Shown here one piece after another: positions 9,928 to 19,590 of a stretch of DNA of 64,000 nucleotides. The notes beneath the pieces are model-generated. The model worked only from the letters and a program-made list of their open reading frames with translations, was not told the DNA's origin and searched no databases. The DNA comes from an uncultured bacterium (GTDB taxonomy: Bacteria > Oederibacteriota > Oederibacteriia > Oederibacteriales > Oederibacteriaceae): assembly GCA_965112635.1 (NCBI GenBank), contig OZ218778.1, positions 1,120,001 through 1,184,000 on the forward strand, in the 5' to 3' direction. Made by a program: the position numbers and the translations under genes. Position 1 is the first letter of the stretch. Each line of letters starts with the position of its first letter.

Positions 9928-10929
9928 ATGAATTTTGCTGTCTGCGGTTTTGGTTTGATCGGCAAAGAAAGGGTCAAAGCCCTGATGGAACTGAAACAGG
10001 AGGGTTGTCCGGTTGGCGCTATCTTTGTTTATGACCCCTATTATCCCGAAAAAAACAGAAAACCCCTCCGAGGCGTGACCTGGTTGGACAGCACCCAGGA
10101 TATCCTGGCCAGGCATCCGGATTGGGCCATCCTGGCTGTTCCCCATGACACTGCTCCCGCTTTGGTCAGGGAATTACTTCCCGCAAATCCCAGGATGCTC
10201 ATGGAAAAACCATTTTGCAGGAACTTAAGCGAGGCGAAAAAACTGGCCAAGAGCATCCCGGACCCCAAAAGATTTTGGGTTGGATTTAATTACCGGTTTT
10301 ATCCGGCTGTGGCGCGTTTGCTGCGGGACTTCCGGAACGGTTGGTTCGGCAAAATTATCAGCATCAATATGTGTCTCGGCCAAGGAGGGGCTCCGGGTAT
10401 GGAGAAGTCCTGGAAACTCGACCCGCAAAGGGGCGGCGAGGGATGCCTGCTTGATCCCGGCATCCACCTGCTGGACTTGGTCTTCCTGTTGAGCCAGGGT
10501 GATATCAAGCCAGTGAAAGGCCTGACTTGGAAAGGTTTCTGGAATACGGGGATAACTGAAGAGTGCTCCTATCTTATGAAGGGAAAAGGATTTACGATCC
10601 AGTTGGAAGCGTCCTTATTAAGGTGGCGCAATACTTTTAAGATCGAAGTCCATGGTCAGGATGGGTATGGTTTGGTGAACGGGAGGGGCGGTCATTATGG
10701 TCCTCAGACCTATATCAGGGGAAAAAGGTGGGGCTGGCAAAAGGCAGCCAGCCAGGCTGCGAGCGAGGAAGAACTGGTAAGAGTGGGCCGTCCCGAATCC
10801 TTTAAAGACGAACTGCGCGCGTTGATCCATGCTCGTAGCAAGAGCTATCCTGCTCCCTGTTCCCTCAAAGAAGCCATGGAAGTGATGACCCTATATGACC
10901 GTTGTCTTAAATTTGGCGAATGGGTCTGA
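9928..10929 (+). CDS. Gfo/Idh/MocA family oxidoreductase
   Basis: GFGLIG, 'MEKP', 'VGFNYRF', 'GGEGCLLDPGIHLLD'. Confidence 0.88.
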   Translation: MNFAVCGFGLIGKERVKALMELKQEGCPVGAIFVYDPYYPEKNRKPLRGVTWLDSTQDILARHPDWAILAVPHDTAPALVRELLPANPRMLMEKPFCRNLSEAKKLAKSIPDPKRFWVGFNYRFYPAVARLLRDFRNGWFGKIISINMCLGQGGAPGMEKSWKLDPQRGGEGCLLDPGIHLLDLVFLLSQGDIKPVKGLTWKGFWNTGITEECSYLMKGKGFTIQLEASLLRWRNTFKIEVHGQDGYGLVNGRGGHYGPQTYIRGKRWGWQKAASQAASEEELVRVGRPESFKDELRALIHARSKSYPAPCSLKEAMEVMTLYDRCLKFGEWV

Positions 10930-10937
10930 GCGATGAA

Positions 10938-12161
10938 ATGAAAAAGGATGTGTCTATGATCCGTCATCTATTTCCCAAAACAGGCAAGGTTTCTAAGCCG
11001 GAACTGACATTCCTTATTCCCGCCCTGAATGAAGAGGTCACCATCGGAGAATTCGTGGGCTGGTGCAAACAGGGGATGGCCAGCCTTAAGGTCAAAGGCC
11101 AGATCCTCATCGTGGACAGTTCTACGGACCGGACCGCGGAAATAGCTTTAAAGCACGGGGCGGAGGTGTTGAAGGTCCCGCGGCTGGGGTTGGGCAGGGC
11201 TTATATTGACGCTATCCCTTATGTGAGAGGGCGGTTTGTGATATTAGGAGACGCGGACCTGACCTATGACATGCGGCAAATCCAGCCATTTTGGAGGAAG
11301 TTCCAGGAAGGGTATGAGTTCATCATGGGTTCCCGGATGAAAGGGAAGATCGAAGACGGGGCTATGCCAGCCCTGCACAGGTATTTTGGGACCCCCTTGA
11401 CCACCTGGATATTGGACTGGATCTACGGGTGCAAATTTTCGGACATTCATTGTGGGATACGAGGGGCGACGCTGGAGGGGCTGAAAAGGATGCGGCTCAT
11501 ATCCCAGAGCTGGCAGTACGCTCCCGAGATGATCATTAAAGCGGTCCAACTTAATTTAAAAACGACTGAGGTTGAAGTTGTTTTTCATAAAGACAGGGAA
11601 GGCAGGACCAGCCATCATAAGCGTATTGGATGGTATGCTCCCTGGGTCGCGGGCTGGCTAACGCTAAAAACCATTTTCACTTTCAGTGCTGATTTTTTTA
11701 TGTACAAGCTAGGGATTGTCACGGCCATTTTGGGTTTTATCGGTACTGCAATATTGTTCCAGGGGCCAGTTCAGGTCGGGGAATTTGGTTTTTCCATACA
11801 CTGGATGATCCTGTTTGTCCTTTTTTTTCTGGGCGGTTTACAATATTTTTTTATGGGTGTTTTGGCAAAATCATTCTATGATCTTGAAGATGTGCGTTCT
11901 AAGAAATGGAAAAAACTTTTTGCCCTGGAATTGGCGGTCCCGGTATCATTTTTGCTTGTTCTGATGGGTTTGATATGTGCTATCCCTCTTATTGCAGCTT
12001 ATTTAAGTAATGGGTTGCGGCTATCTGCTATTGTAGGGGTAGCCTCTTATCATACTATTGCTGGCATGGGTCTTATTTTGTCTGCGGCTATATATTTCAC
12101 CTCCTCGCTTCTCTTCAACGCCATTATTATAGGTCGTAATGTGAGAGTACAGAAGCCATAA
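10938..12161 (+). CDS. GT2 polyprenol-phosphate glycosyltransferase, close paralog of 7517-8740
   Basis: Same motifs and near-identical N-terminus (MKKDV..IRHLFPKTG); start inferred by alignment with the paralog. Confidence 0.88.
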   Translation: MKKDVSMIRHLFPKTGKVSKPELTFLIPALNEEVTIGEFVGWCKQGMASLKVKGQILIVDSSTDRTAEIALKHGAEVLKVPRLGLGRAYIDAIPYVRGRFVILGDADLTYDMRQIQPFWRKFQEGYEFIMGSRMKGKIEDGAMPALHRYFGTPLTTWILDWIYGCKFSDIHCGIRGATLEGLKRMRLISQSWQYAPEMIIKAVQLNLKTTEVEVVFHKDREGRTSHHKRIGWYAPWVAGWLTLKTIFTFSADFFMYKLGIVTAILGFIGTAILFQGPVQVGEFGFSIHWMILFVLFFLGGLQYFFMGVLAKSFYDLEDVRSKKWKKLFALELAVPVSFLLVLMGLICAIPLIAAYLSNGLRLSAIVGVASYHTIAGMGLILSAAIYFTSSLLFNAIIIGRNVRVQKP

Positions 12162-12202
12162 TTTATTTTCCAATATTTTAGTTTTATGATGAGAAAGGAA
12201 TT

Positions 12203-12934
12203 GTGATGTTTCAGCACCTTTTCAAAGGTGGTTTTTATAATTCCCTTTTTAAAAATATAATCCATTGGTTACGCCTTCCAGATGCCCGTCTCTATACTTT
12301 CTATTTGGCGCGGCCAACCTATCGGCCTTGGCTTTCTAAAGCATTTAAAGAAATTTACAATGAGATATCCCCTTATACCCTAGTTAGTCAAGATAGATGT
12401 TATATTCTCTACTCTTTAGCAAAACAATGTCTTTGGATAGAAGGGGATTTTGCTGAGTGTGGGGTTTATAAAGGTGGTACAGCTATGCTTCTTAACAGGG
12501 TTTTAAATCAAGGACAAAAGAAAATAAAAAAACTTCATTTATTTGATTCCTTTGAGGGTATGCCAGAGGGTGGACATAAATTGGATTCCTATGAACAAGG
12601 CGAGTTCCGCGATGTGAATTACCAAGATGTAAAAAAACGATTGAATACTCCTGGAAGGGTTTTTTTTTATAAAGGCAAAATTCCATCCACTTTTAGCAGA
12701 ATTAATAAATGCAATTTTGCTTTAGTCCATATAGATGTTGATATTTATCAGTCTATAGCAGATTGTTGTCGTTTTTTATATCCCCGTCTCCGAAAAGGAG
12801 GGGCTATGATATTTGATGATTACGGGTTTCCCAGCTGTGCCGGTGGACGAAAAGCTGTAGACGAATATTTTTATAATAAACCTGAAGTACCGATTGTGCT
12901 GCCAACTGCCCAAGCCATAGTTATTAAGCTTTAA
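12203..12934 (+). CDS. TylF/MycF/NovP-family sugar O-methyltransferase
   Basis: 'EGDFAECGVYKGG', 'LFDSFEGMP', 'VHIDVDIY', 'IFDDYG'; AT-rich. Confidence 0.9.
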   Translation: MMFQHLFKGGFYNSLFKNIIHWLRLPDARLYTFYLARPTYRPWLSKAFKEIYNEISPYTLVSQDRCYILYSLAKQCLWIEGDFAECGVYKGGTAMLLNRVLNQGQKKIKKLHLFDSFEGMPEGGHKLDSYEQGEFRDVNYQDVKKRLNTPGRVFFYKGKIPSTFSRINKCNFALVHIDVDIYQSIADCCRFLYPRLRKGGAMIFDDYGFPSCAGGRKAVDEYFYNKPEVPIVLPTAQAIVIKL

Positions 12935-12972
12935 AGAAATCAATAACGATAGATGCAAGGGAGCTTTCAGGG

Positions 12973-13698
12973 ATGAAGCAAGGAAAATGGCCTAAAAAAA
13001 CCCCGGAATTAAACATCCAAGAGACTGATATCGCTAGCGATTGGATGCAATATTGGTTTGAAATCAATAAAGACAAGTATTCTTCGATTATAGATTTCGG
13101 ACACCGATACGTAGTGAGTCGTTCTTTCCCGGGATTCCTCCGGACCATGGATATTGGAGCAGGTCTTGGTGACCATTTAAAGTATGAGAAGCTGTCCGAT
13201 AAACAACTAGAAAACTATGTTGTAGTCGAACAAAGAGAGAATATGTTAGCCAAATTAAAAGAAATGTGGCCAGAAATTAAGGTGTTTGCGGGTGATTGTC
13301 AAATGCACATGCCTTTTTCTGAAAACTATTTTGACCGGATAATCGCCGTCCATCTATTAGAACATTTGCCCAATCTCCCTGCTTTCCTCAAACAGGCAAG
13401 AAAGTTATTAAACAAAGAAAAGGGTCAATTCCTAGTTGTCATTCCATGTGAAGGGGGGCTAGGTTATTCTTTGGGGAGGCGGTTTACTTCGCAGCGCCTT
13501 TTTGAAAAAAGATATCGCTGTTCCTATAACAAGTTTATCGAGTCCGAGCATGTTAATACGGCTGCCGAGATTCTGACCGAGCTAAAAAAACAGTTCAAAA
13601 TTATAGATCGATATTACTATCCCCTGCGTTTTCCTTCGGTCCATATCAACCTGTGCCTCGGGTTAACTCTGCGGCCATTGGAGGGGAACCCCCTTTGA
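12973..13698 (+). CDS. Class I SAM-dependent methyltransferase
   Basis: MDIGAGLG, 'FDRIIAVHLLEH', 'VIPCEGG'. Confidence 0.82.
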   Translation: MKQGKWPKKTPELNIQETDIASDWMQYWFEINKDKYSSIIDFGHRYVVSRSFPGFLRTMDIGAGLGDHLKYEKLSDKQLENYVVVEQRENMLAKLKEMWPEIKVFAGDCQMHMPFSENYFDRIIAVHLLEHLPNLPAFLKQARKLLNKEKGQFLVVIPCEGGLGYSLGRRFTSQRLFEKRYRCSYNKFIESEHVNTAAEILTELKKQFKIIDRYYYPLRFPSVHINLCLGLTLRPLEGNPL

Positions 13699-16475
13699 AG
13701 AGCAAAAGCAGGTCAGGGATACGGATCTTCCAGGCCGAGGTCGCTTTTTTGGCTGTTCTTTTTGGAGTGTGGGGCCAGATCTATTTTAACCGCGAAATGT
13801 TTTCACCGGGGGTCCATTGCTGGGGGGTTGCCTTTGCGCTGGCCATGGCCCTTGGTTTCCTCAGCGACCCCGGCGAGGAGGTCGTGTTTCCAGCGGCAGA
13901 ACCGGGCCCTTTCCTGAATTTCATGATATTAGTCGGAACCTATGTTATCGCTTTTTTTATCCAAGCAATATTAATTTATAAAGATCAGGGCCGCTTTGTT
14001 TCTGTTTTCTGCGTTGTTCAAGTGCTGTCGCTCTATGTATGGGCCAGGATATCAGACAGCAATTTCTCCCCAGGTTTCCCTGAACAGCGCACAGCTTTTG
14101 CCAAATGGGAGGTTTATGCTTTGGCCGGCCTGATCCTTCTTTCCTGTCTGCTGATCTTCTATCGTTATAGTGAGCTGCCGGTTACAGCTTATATGGACGA
14201 TGAATCAACCACTGCGGACAGTTTGGACCCCATAGGTAAATCCAACCAGGGTTCGCCGTTCTATGAAGGGACCTATAATGGTTTACCTATCCTAATGATG
14301 TACAGCAAGGCTTTTTTTGACAAGTTCTTTCACGACGACCCGCTCCTGGCCCGGAAATTCGATAATTCCCTCCAGGGGGTTATCCTGCCGATTTGCGTTT
14401 TTTTTCTGGTGAGGTGCGCTTTTGGCCCGGTCCTGGGAATAGGGGCAGGAGTTTTCACGGCCGGTTGTTCGAGCTTGATCGTGTTCGAACGCATCGGCAG
14501 TATATTTTTACCCAATGCCCTGTTCGCGGTCCTGCTGGCGGGGCTGTTGATCCAGGGACTCAAGACAGGGAAAAACCATTATTTAATGCTGGCGGGTTTA
14601 TCCATGGGTTTCGGTTTGCATGGATATTTTACGATGCATCTAGCCCCCCTTTATTTAGCGCTATTCTGGGCCGTCATGATCTTCTTTGACAAAGCTCACT
14701 GGTCCTTTAGGATCCGACAAGGGGTCTGGTTTTGGCTGAGTTTCCTGGCCATGGGACTGCCTTATCTTATCTGGACGGCTTTGCATTTCCATTTCATGGC
14801 CCAGGGGACCATCCGCGTGGAAACTTTTGGCCTCAGCGCCCAATCAGTATGGGCCCACAAGATCGCTCTATATCAGGATATTGTTGCCAAATATTTTACT
14901 TTTTTTAATTATAACCACAATAATCCCTTGCTCTATCCCTTTATGGCAAGCTTTACCAAACCCCCATTGGAAACTATCGTTGCTGTGCTGTGGGTGCTGG
15001 GGTTGGCCTATACCATAGCCCGGTTGCGCAGCAAGGTCTACCTCATTCTGTTGCTGGTGTTCCTGGCCACCATTTCTCCGGCATTTTTGTCGGACCAGCA
15101 ATACCCCAAGATAGACCGTTTGATAGCGACTTTTCCTTTTGTGCTCATTTTCGCGGCTATTGGGGCGGATAAATTTATAGCCAGACCTTTCAGGCTGTCC
15201 CTTCTAGTCGTTCTGCTGGTTATTTTCCCGTTTTACCTGCACTATCATGTCACGACCTATTTTGTGGAGCGCGTAAAGCATCCGTGGTGGAAATCTGAGG
15301 AGGTCTTCACCGTGGGAGACTACTATCTTAAACACACCGGAAATGGACATGTTTATTTACCTGCGGACAAAACCAAATGGCTGTTCTGGCCCTATCCCAA
15401 CTATATCAACAATTACCTTCATGCTTTACGGGAAAAGGGCCAGGTGACCAACAGGGATATCGCGGACTGGCCGTTCCATGAAATGATGCCGAGGGAACCG
15501 CTAGTTTTTATGCCGCTGAATTCAGAGATCAAAGATTATGTTGAAACGCTTTATCCCAGTGCTACTTCCGAAGAGGTCCGGGGTTTTGACGGGATACTCT
15601 GGGGGTATAACCTAAAGATCCCCTGGGGAGAATATAATGCCGGATTAGGATTAAAGGTCGATTATTGGAGAGGAGAGGAGAGGCGCTCCCGGCCTGATGG
15701 GACAGCGGTGGAAAACCCTGTGCATCCCGGACCATTTACGCCGGACGGCCCCTGCACCTTAGATTATAGCGGTTATTGTTACCTGGACGGAGACACCTAT
15801 TCTTTTTTTCAACAGCAGCAGGGAGCCCAGCAGCAGTGCGACCTCAGGATAGACCAGGTGCCGGTGATCCAAAACGGGATGGGAGGGGAGCCGGTCTCCA
15901 TTTTACCGGGATGGCATGAATGCGAAATAAGCTGCAGGCGGCCCAATAAAAATGACGGGGTCCATATCCTTTGCCAAGGAAAAAACTCTCCGCCCCGCGA
16001 GTTTACCTTCACCCAGTTCACCCATCTTCCGCTGGGGCTGCATGGTTTTTTCCTCAGGCCGCAGGCCCCGGGAAAAGAGGCTAAGACCAGCTTGATGTAT
16101 TACGGCGGAATGGATATTCCTGGGAAATTTATTGCGGAAGGGGAGTTGGAGGTCGAACAGCCGGGGGAATATGAATTTACTTTCCGGGATTTTCTTGCCT
16201 ATGAACAGTTTTATTTGGACGGGAAACTGGCCGGCCAGATGGTCCAGGGTAAACCCCTCATCGAGAAGCTTACCCTTAAGGTCGGCCGGCATCATTATAA
16301 GCTGACCCTGGTGGAAGGGGTGGTCCTGATGTGGCATCGGACCAATGAACCCTGGGAGCCTGTGCCCTACAAAAACCTGTTCCCAGGCGGGTTCCATGAG
16401 GCTTTTGCCCGCCAACTGGCGGCCCTGTCCGCCCAGCCGGCCTCTCGGCCAAAACCTGCGGCAGCCAAAAAGTGA
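13695..16475 (+). CDS. ArnT/PMT-like GT-C glycosyltransferase with C-terminal PA14-like domains
   Basis: 'YMDDE' loop, 'RIGSIFLPN', 'GYFTMHL', PA14-like C-terminus; TTG start overlapping the upstream TGA, after GGAGG. Confidence 0.8.
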   Translation: MKSKSRSGIRIFQAEVAFLAVLFGVWGQIYFNREMFSPGVHCWGVAFALAMALGFLSDPGEEVVFPAAEPGPFLNFMILVGTYVIAFFIQAILIYKDQGRFVSVFCVVQVLSLYVWARISDSNFSPGFPEQRTAFAKWEVYALAGLILLSCLLIFYRYSELPVTAYMDDESTTADSLDPIGKSNQGSPFYEGTYNGLPILMMYSKAFFDKFFHDDPLLARKFDNSLQGVILPICVFFLVRCAFGPVLGIGAGVFTAGCSSLIVFERIGSIFLPNALFAVLLAGLLIQGLKTGKNHYLMLAGLSMGFGLHGYFTMHLAPLYLALFWAVMIFFDKAHWSFRIRQGVWFWLSFLAMGLPYLIWTALHFHFMAQGTIRVETFGLSAQSVWAHKIALYQDIVAKYFTFFNYNHNNPLLYPFMASFTKPPLETIVAVLWVLGLAYTIARLRSKVYLILLLVFLATISPAFLSDQQYPKIDRLIATFPFVLIFAAIGADKFIARPFRLSLLVVLLVIFPFYLHYHVTTYFVERVKHPWWKSEEVFTVGDYYLKHTGNGHVYLPADKTKWLFWPYPNYINNYLHALREKGQVTNRDIADWPFHEMMPREPLVFMPLNSEIKDYVETLYPSATSEEVRGFDGILWGYNLKIPWGEYNAGLGLKVDYWRGEERRSRPDGTAVENPVHPGPFTPDGPCTLDYSGYCYLDGDTYSFFQQQQGAQQQCDLRIDQVPVIQNGMGGEPVSILPGWHECEISCRRPNKNDGVHILCQGKNSPPREFTFTQFTHLPLGLHGFFLRPQAPGKEAKTSLMYYGGMDIPGKFIAEGELEVEQPGEYEFTFRDFLAYEQFYLDGKLAGQMVQGKPLIEKLTLKVGRHHYKLTLVEGVVLMWHRTNEPWEPVPYKNLFPGGFHEAFARQLAALSAQPASRPKPAAAKK

Positions 16476-16535
16476 TTTTTTGATCTTCCGCTTTCCGGCA
16501 AAATTCTCCCCGCAATGCGGGAAAACACAGGAAAC

Positions 16536-17372
16536 TTACAGGGAACGATGCTTTTTGGTTTTGAAATATTTGGGGAATACAGAACGGACTTCCCGCATCC
16601 TGGTCAACTGGGGCTTTTTCAGGATGAGGATGTCGAACAGAGACGGCCAGAAATGGCGGATGTAGATGGCCAGGGCCATCAACCACCCCGTGACCACAGT
16701 GCGGTAGCGGTCTTTTTCCACGGCCCGGATGATAGCTCTGGATACTTTTTCGACCGGGACATTGAACTTGGTATAAGAACGGTAGGGCCTGCGGTGAAAA
16801 GTGGGATGTTTGAAAAAATCGGTCTGAACCCGGCCCGGAAGGACCAGGTGCATATGGATATTATAGGCTTCCAGCTCCCAGCGCAGGGCTTCGGTCAAGC
16901 CCACCATCCCGTACTTGGACGAGGTGTAGGCGGACGGGGGTAGCAGAGGCAAAAATCCGGCGATGGAAGCCACATTGACGATATGTCCGGCGCGTTTATT
17001 TATCATGGCGGGTAAAAAAGCATAGATACAGCGCAGGGTCCCCAGCAGGTTGACCTGGAGCATGCGCTCATTCTCCTCATAGGGGAGCTCCTCAAAGGGA
17101 AGATAGACGGCATAGCCCGCGTTGTTCACCAGGATATCCGGGCAGCCGCAGGAAGCCAGGACCTGACGGGCCATGCGGCTGACCTGGCGGAAGTCGGAGA
17201 CATCGCAGCAAAAGGCTTTGACCTGGGAAGAGGTTTTGGAAAGGTCTTTGCGGGCGGCCTCCAGCTTGGCGCGCTTATCAGCTACAATGGCCACCTCATG
17301 GCCGAGCTTCAGGTAGGAAAGGGCTAGGTGTTTTCCTATGCCGCTAGACCCGCCGATGATCAAAACGAACAT
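16536..17372 (-). CDS. Short-chain dehydrogenase/reductase (classical SDR)
   Basis: GGSSGIG, 'LVNNAG', 'YTSSK'; ATG at 17372 after AGAAAGG. Confidence 0.9.
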   Translation of the reverse strand: MFVLIIGGSSGIGKHLALSYLKLGHEVAIVADKRAKLEAARKDLSKTSSQVKAFCCDVSDFRQVSRMARQVLASCGCPDILVNNAGYAVYLPFEELPYEENERMLQVNLLGTLRCIYAFLPAMINKRAGHIVNVASIAGFLPLLPPSAYTSSKYGMVGLTEALRWELEAYNIHMHLVLPGRVQTDFFKHPTFHRRPYRSYTKFNVPVEKVSRAIIRAVEKDRYRTVVTGWLMALAIYIRHFWPSLFDILILKKPQLTRMREVRSVFPKYFKTKKHRSL

Positions 17373-17412
17373 TAATTTTTCCTTTCTTAAACAAAGCTCA
17401 GAAAGCATGATG

Positions 17413-17574
17413 CTTAGTTGTCCGCTGAAAAAGTCCCCATTCGAGGACTATAAAGAGTCCATTTAGAGACTTTTTCAGCTCACTAAGACGGATGAAACTC
17501 CTCGATCGCCGGAGGCATCTCGGAGTAACAGTCTGCTGAAAGATTGAGAAAAACCATTTTTCAGCTGACTGTTA
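17413..17574. repeat. Cluster of three inverted repeats resembling IS-end-derived miniature elements
   Basis: GCTGAAAAAGTC (17424-35)/GACTTTTTCAGC (17468-79); ACTCC..GGAGT hairpin; TAACAGTCTGCTGAAA (17526-41)/TTTCAGCTGACTGTTA (17559-74). Confidence 0.55.
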
Positions 17575-17707
17575 ATATACCATATTCCTACCTGTGCCTT
17601 GTGCGCCAGAAATCGTTTTGTTAAACTCCATGATGTCAACATCCACGGTTTAACTCATTTTAGCCCTCGTATGAGGACAGCCGTGGTTCTTGAGCGGAGG
17701 AGCAGCG

Positions 17708-19405
17708 ATGGAATTCGTGAAAAAGTATTATTTTTTGTTCTTTTTGCTGGCTAATTTTATTTTTTTGCTCTCGGGTCACATGGTCATTGCATTTGTTTTT
17801 TTTGTGCTTTTCCTGGTCCCTTTCCTTAAATTTTTACAAAATTTTCTTTTGAATCCAGGACAAAGACCAAGCCGGGGCAAAACGACCCGGAGCGTGCGGG
17901 CCAAAAAGACAAAGGGAATGCTGGAGATAAAAGGCAGGCCTTTGCCTGTGCCAGGAGTTTCTTTGGAGATCCTGGCTTTATTACGCGTAGGAGCCATGCT
18001 TATCGTGTTATTGGCCTATGCTTTTTGGGGGACCTATGGGACTTTTAACTTCACGGGGAATTTTTTTACCGGCAACAGCCATTACGCCGACCTGGCCGAG
18101 GGTTTTTTGTCAGGTCAATTGAGCACTTTGATACAGCCTGACCCCAGAATATTGCAGTTGAAAGACCCTTATGACCATGCCCAAAATTATCCCTATCTCA
18201 CGATGGCCTCTTACGATGCCTCGTTATATAAAGGTAAAATGTATCTTTACTATGGCTGTGTCCCTTGCCTGGCCTACTATGTTCCCTATAAACTCATATT
18301 CAGGTCTCCGGCCGCCGATTCTTCAGGGCTGATATTTTTCTTGTTCCTGGGTTTTATTTTCCAGTTCTTTATTTTGATGAAAATAAAGGACCGCTTTTTC
18401 AACGGGGTTTCGGAGTTCCAGCTAAATCTGGCGGGTTTGGCGCTGGGATTGGCCAATGCCTCGCCCTTTTTGTTAGCCAGGCCGGCTGTTTATGAGGTAG
18501 CGATCGCTAGCGCTTTTTGTTGCATGAGCATAGCGCTTTTTTTCCTTTATCAATATCTTATGGAAAGCAGGCGAGCCGGACAAATTGTTTTATTGAGCCT
18601 TTTTCTGGGATTGTCCGTGGGTTGCCGGCCAAATTTCGTGGTAGCCGTTGTATTTTTCCTTGTTGCTTTTTTCCTCTATCTGTATTTCCGTGCTCCAAAA
18701 AATAAACTGGTTTTTATGGCCCTATGTCTGGTCGTGCCAGCGGGTGTCGTCGGATTGGGTTTAGGTTTATATAATTATCTGAGGTTTGATTCTTTTTTTG
18801 AATTTGGCCAAAAATACGCTTTGGCAGGAGCATCATCCAGTCTTTTTCATTTTAACTTGTCCAATTTGGGAACTGGATTTTATATGTATTTTTTCAGGCC
18901 GTTCACGCTTTTAAGTCAGTTTCCCCATATTTTTTTGTCGGATAAAGCAGCCGCGTTCTTTGCAATCCCGGCAGGATATCAGATGGAAAAAGTCGCCGGA
19001 TTTTTTTGCATAACACCGCTGGCCCTTTTTATTTTAGTTTTCCCTATCCTTGGGATAGTTCATTTTTTCCGGCCAGAAGGACAATCCCGTGATTTGGTCC
19101 TGTATTTACTGTCCATAGTTTGTATGGCGCTCTTGATCGCGGCTCCTATTTTGATGATCTCCGCAGCAACTGAGAGATATTTAATAGATTTCTCCCCCTA
19201 TTTTCTTTTTGTGGCCATCGTGAGCGCGTGGTTGTGGGAGACCAATATGAGGCGATTTTACTCGGCGAGAGCCCTGAAAATATTATTTATTTGCCTGGCT
19301 ATTTTGAGCATTTTGATCGGGGCTGGCCTGGGTTTTACCGGATATTATGATATTTTTAAAGCGGTAAACCCGAAATTTTTTGGTTTTTTTAGCGCCTTTC
19401 TTTGA
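17708..19405 (+). CDS. Polytopic membrane protein, probable GT-C-fold glycosyltransferase
   Basis: 'DPYD..QN', 'DASLYKGKMYLYYG..P', 'ARP..YE', 'YNYLRFDSFFEFGQKYAL', 'RY..DF'; many TM helices. Confidence 0.6.
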   Translation: MEFVKKYYFLFFLLANFIFLLSGHMVIAFVFFVLFLVPFLKFLQNFLLNPGQRPSRGKTTRSVRAKKTKGMLEIKGRPLPVPGVSLEILALLRVGAMLIVLLAYAFWGTYGTFNFTGNFFTGNSHYADLAEGFLSGQLSTLIQPDPRILQLKDPYDHAQNYPYLTMASYDASLYKGKMYLYYGCVPCLAYYVPYKLIFRSPAADSSGLIFFLFLGFIFQFFILMKIKDRFFNGVSEFQLNLAGLALGLANASPFLLARPAVYEVAIASAFCCMSIALFFLYQYLMESRRAGQIVLLSLFLGLSVGCRPNFVVAVVFFLVAFFLYLYFRAPKNKLVFMALCLVVPAGVVGLGLGLYNYLRFDSFFEFGQKYALAGASSSLFHFNLSNLGTGFYMYFFRPFTLLSQFPHIFLSDKAAAFFAIPAGYQMEKVAGFFCITPLALFILVFPILGIVHFFRPEGQSRDLVLYLLSIVCMALLIAAPILMISAATERYLIDFSPYFLFVAIVSAWLWETNMRRFYSARALKILFICLAILSILIGAGLGFTGYYDIFKAVNPKFFGFFSAFL

Positions 19406-19503
19406 ACCTGTACGCAAAACAACCCTTTTCATTAATGCGTTTTCCTAAAGATATTAATTATAAGTTGTCATGTTGATGTGTCGGGAAGCGGGAAGGGGTA
19501 TGC

Positions 19504-19532
19504 TTGACCTTATCTGGTCTATCCACTATGAT
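19504..19532 (+). promoter_or_regulatory. Sigma70-type promoter
   Basis: TTGACC-17 nt-TATGAT upstream of the 19591 gene. Confidence 0.6.
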
Positions 19533-19590
19533 TTGTAAATTGTATCCTGTTAAGCAGGCTGATTGAAAACACTCAAAAAACAAAAGGAAT

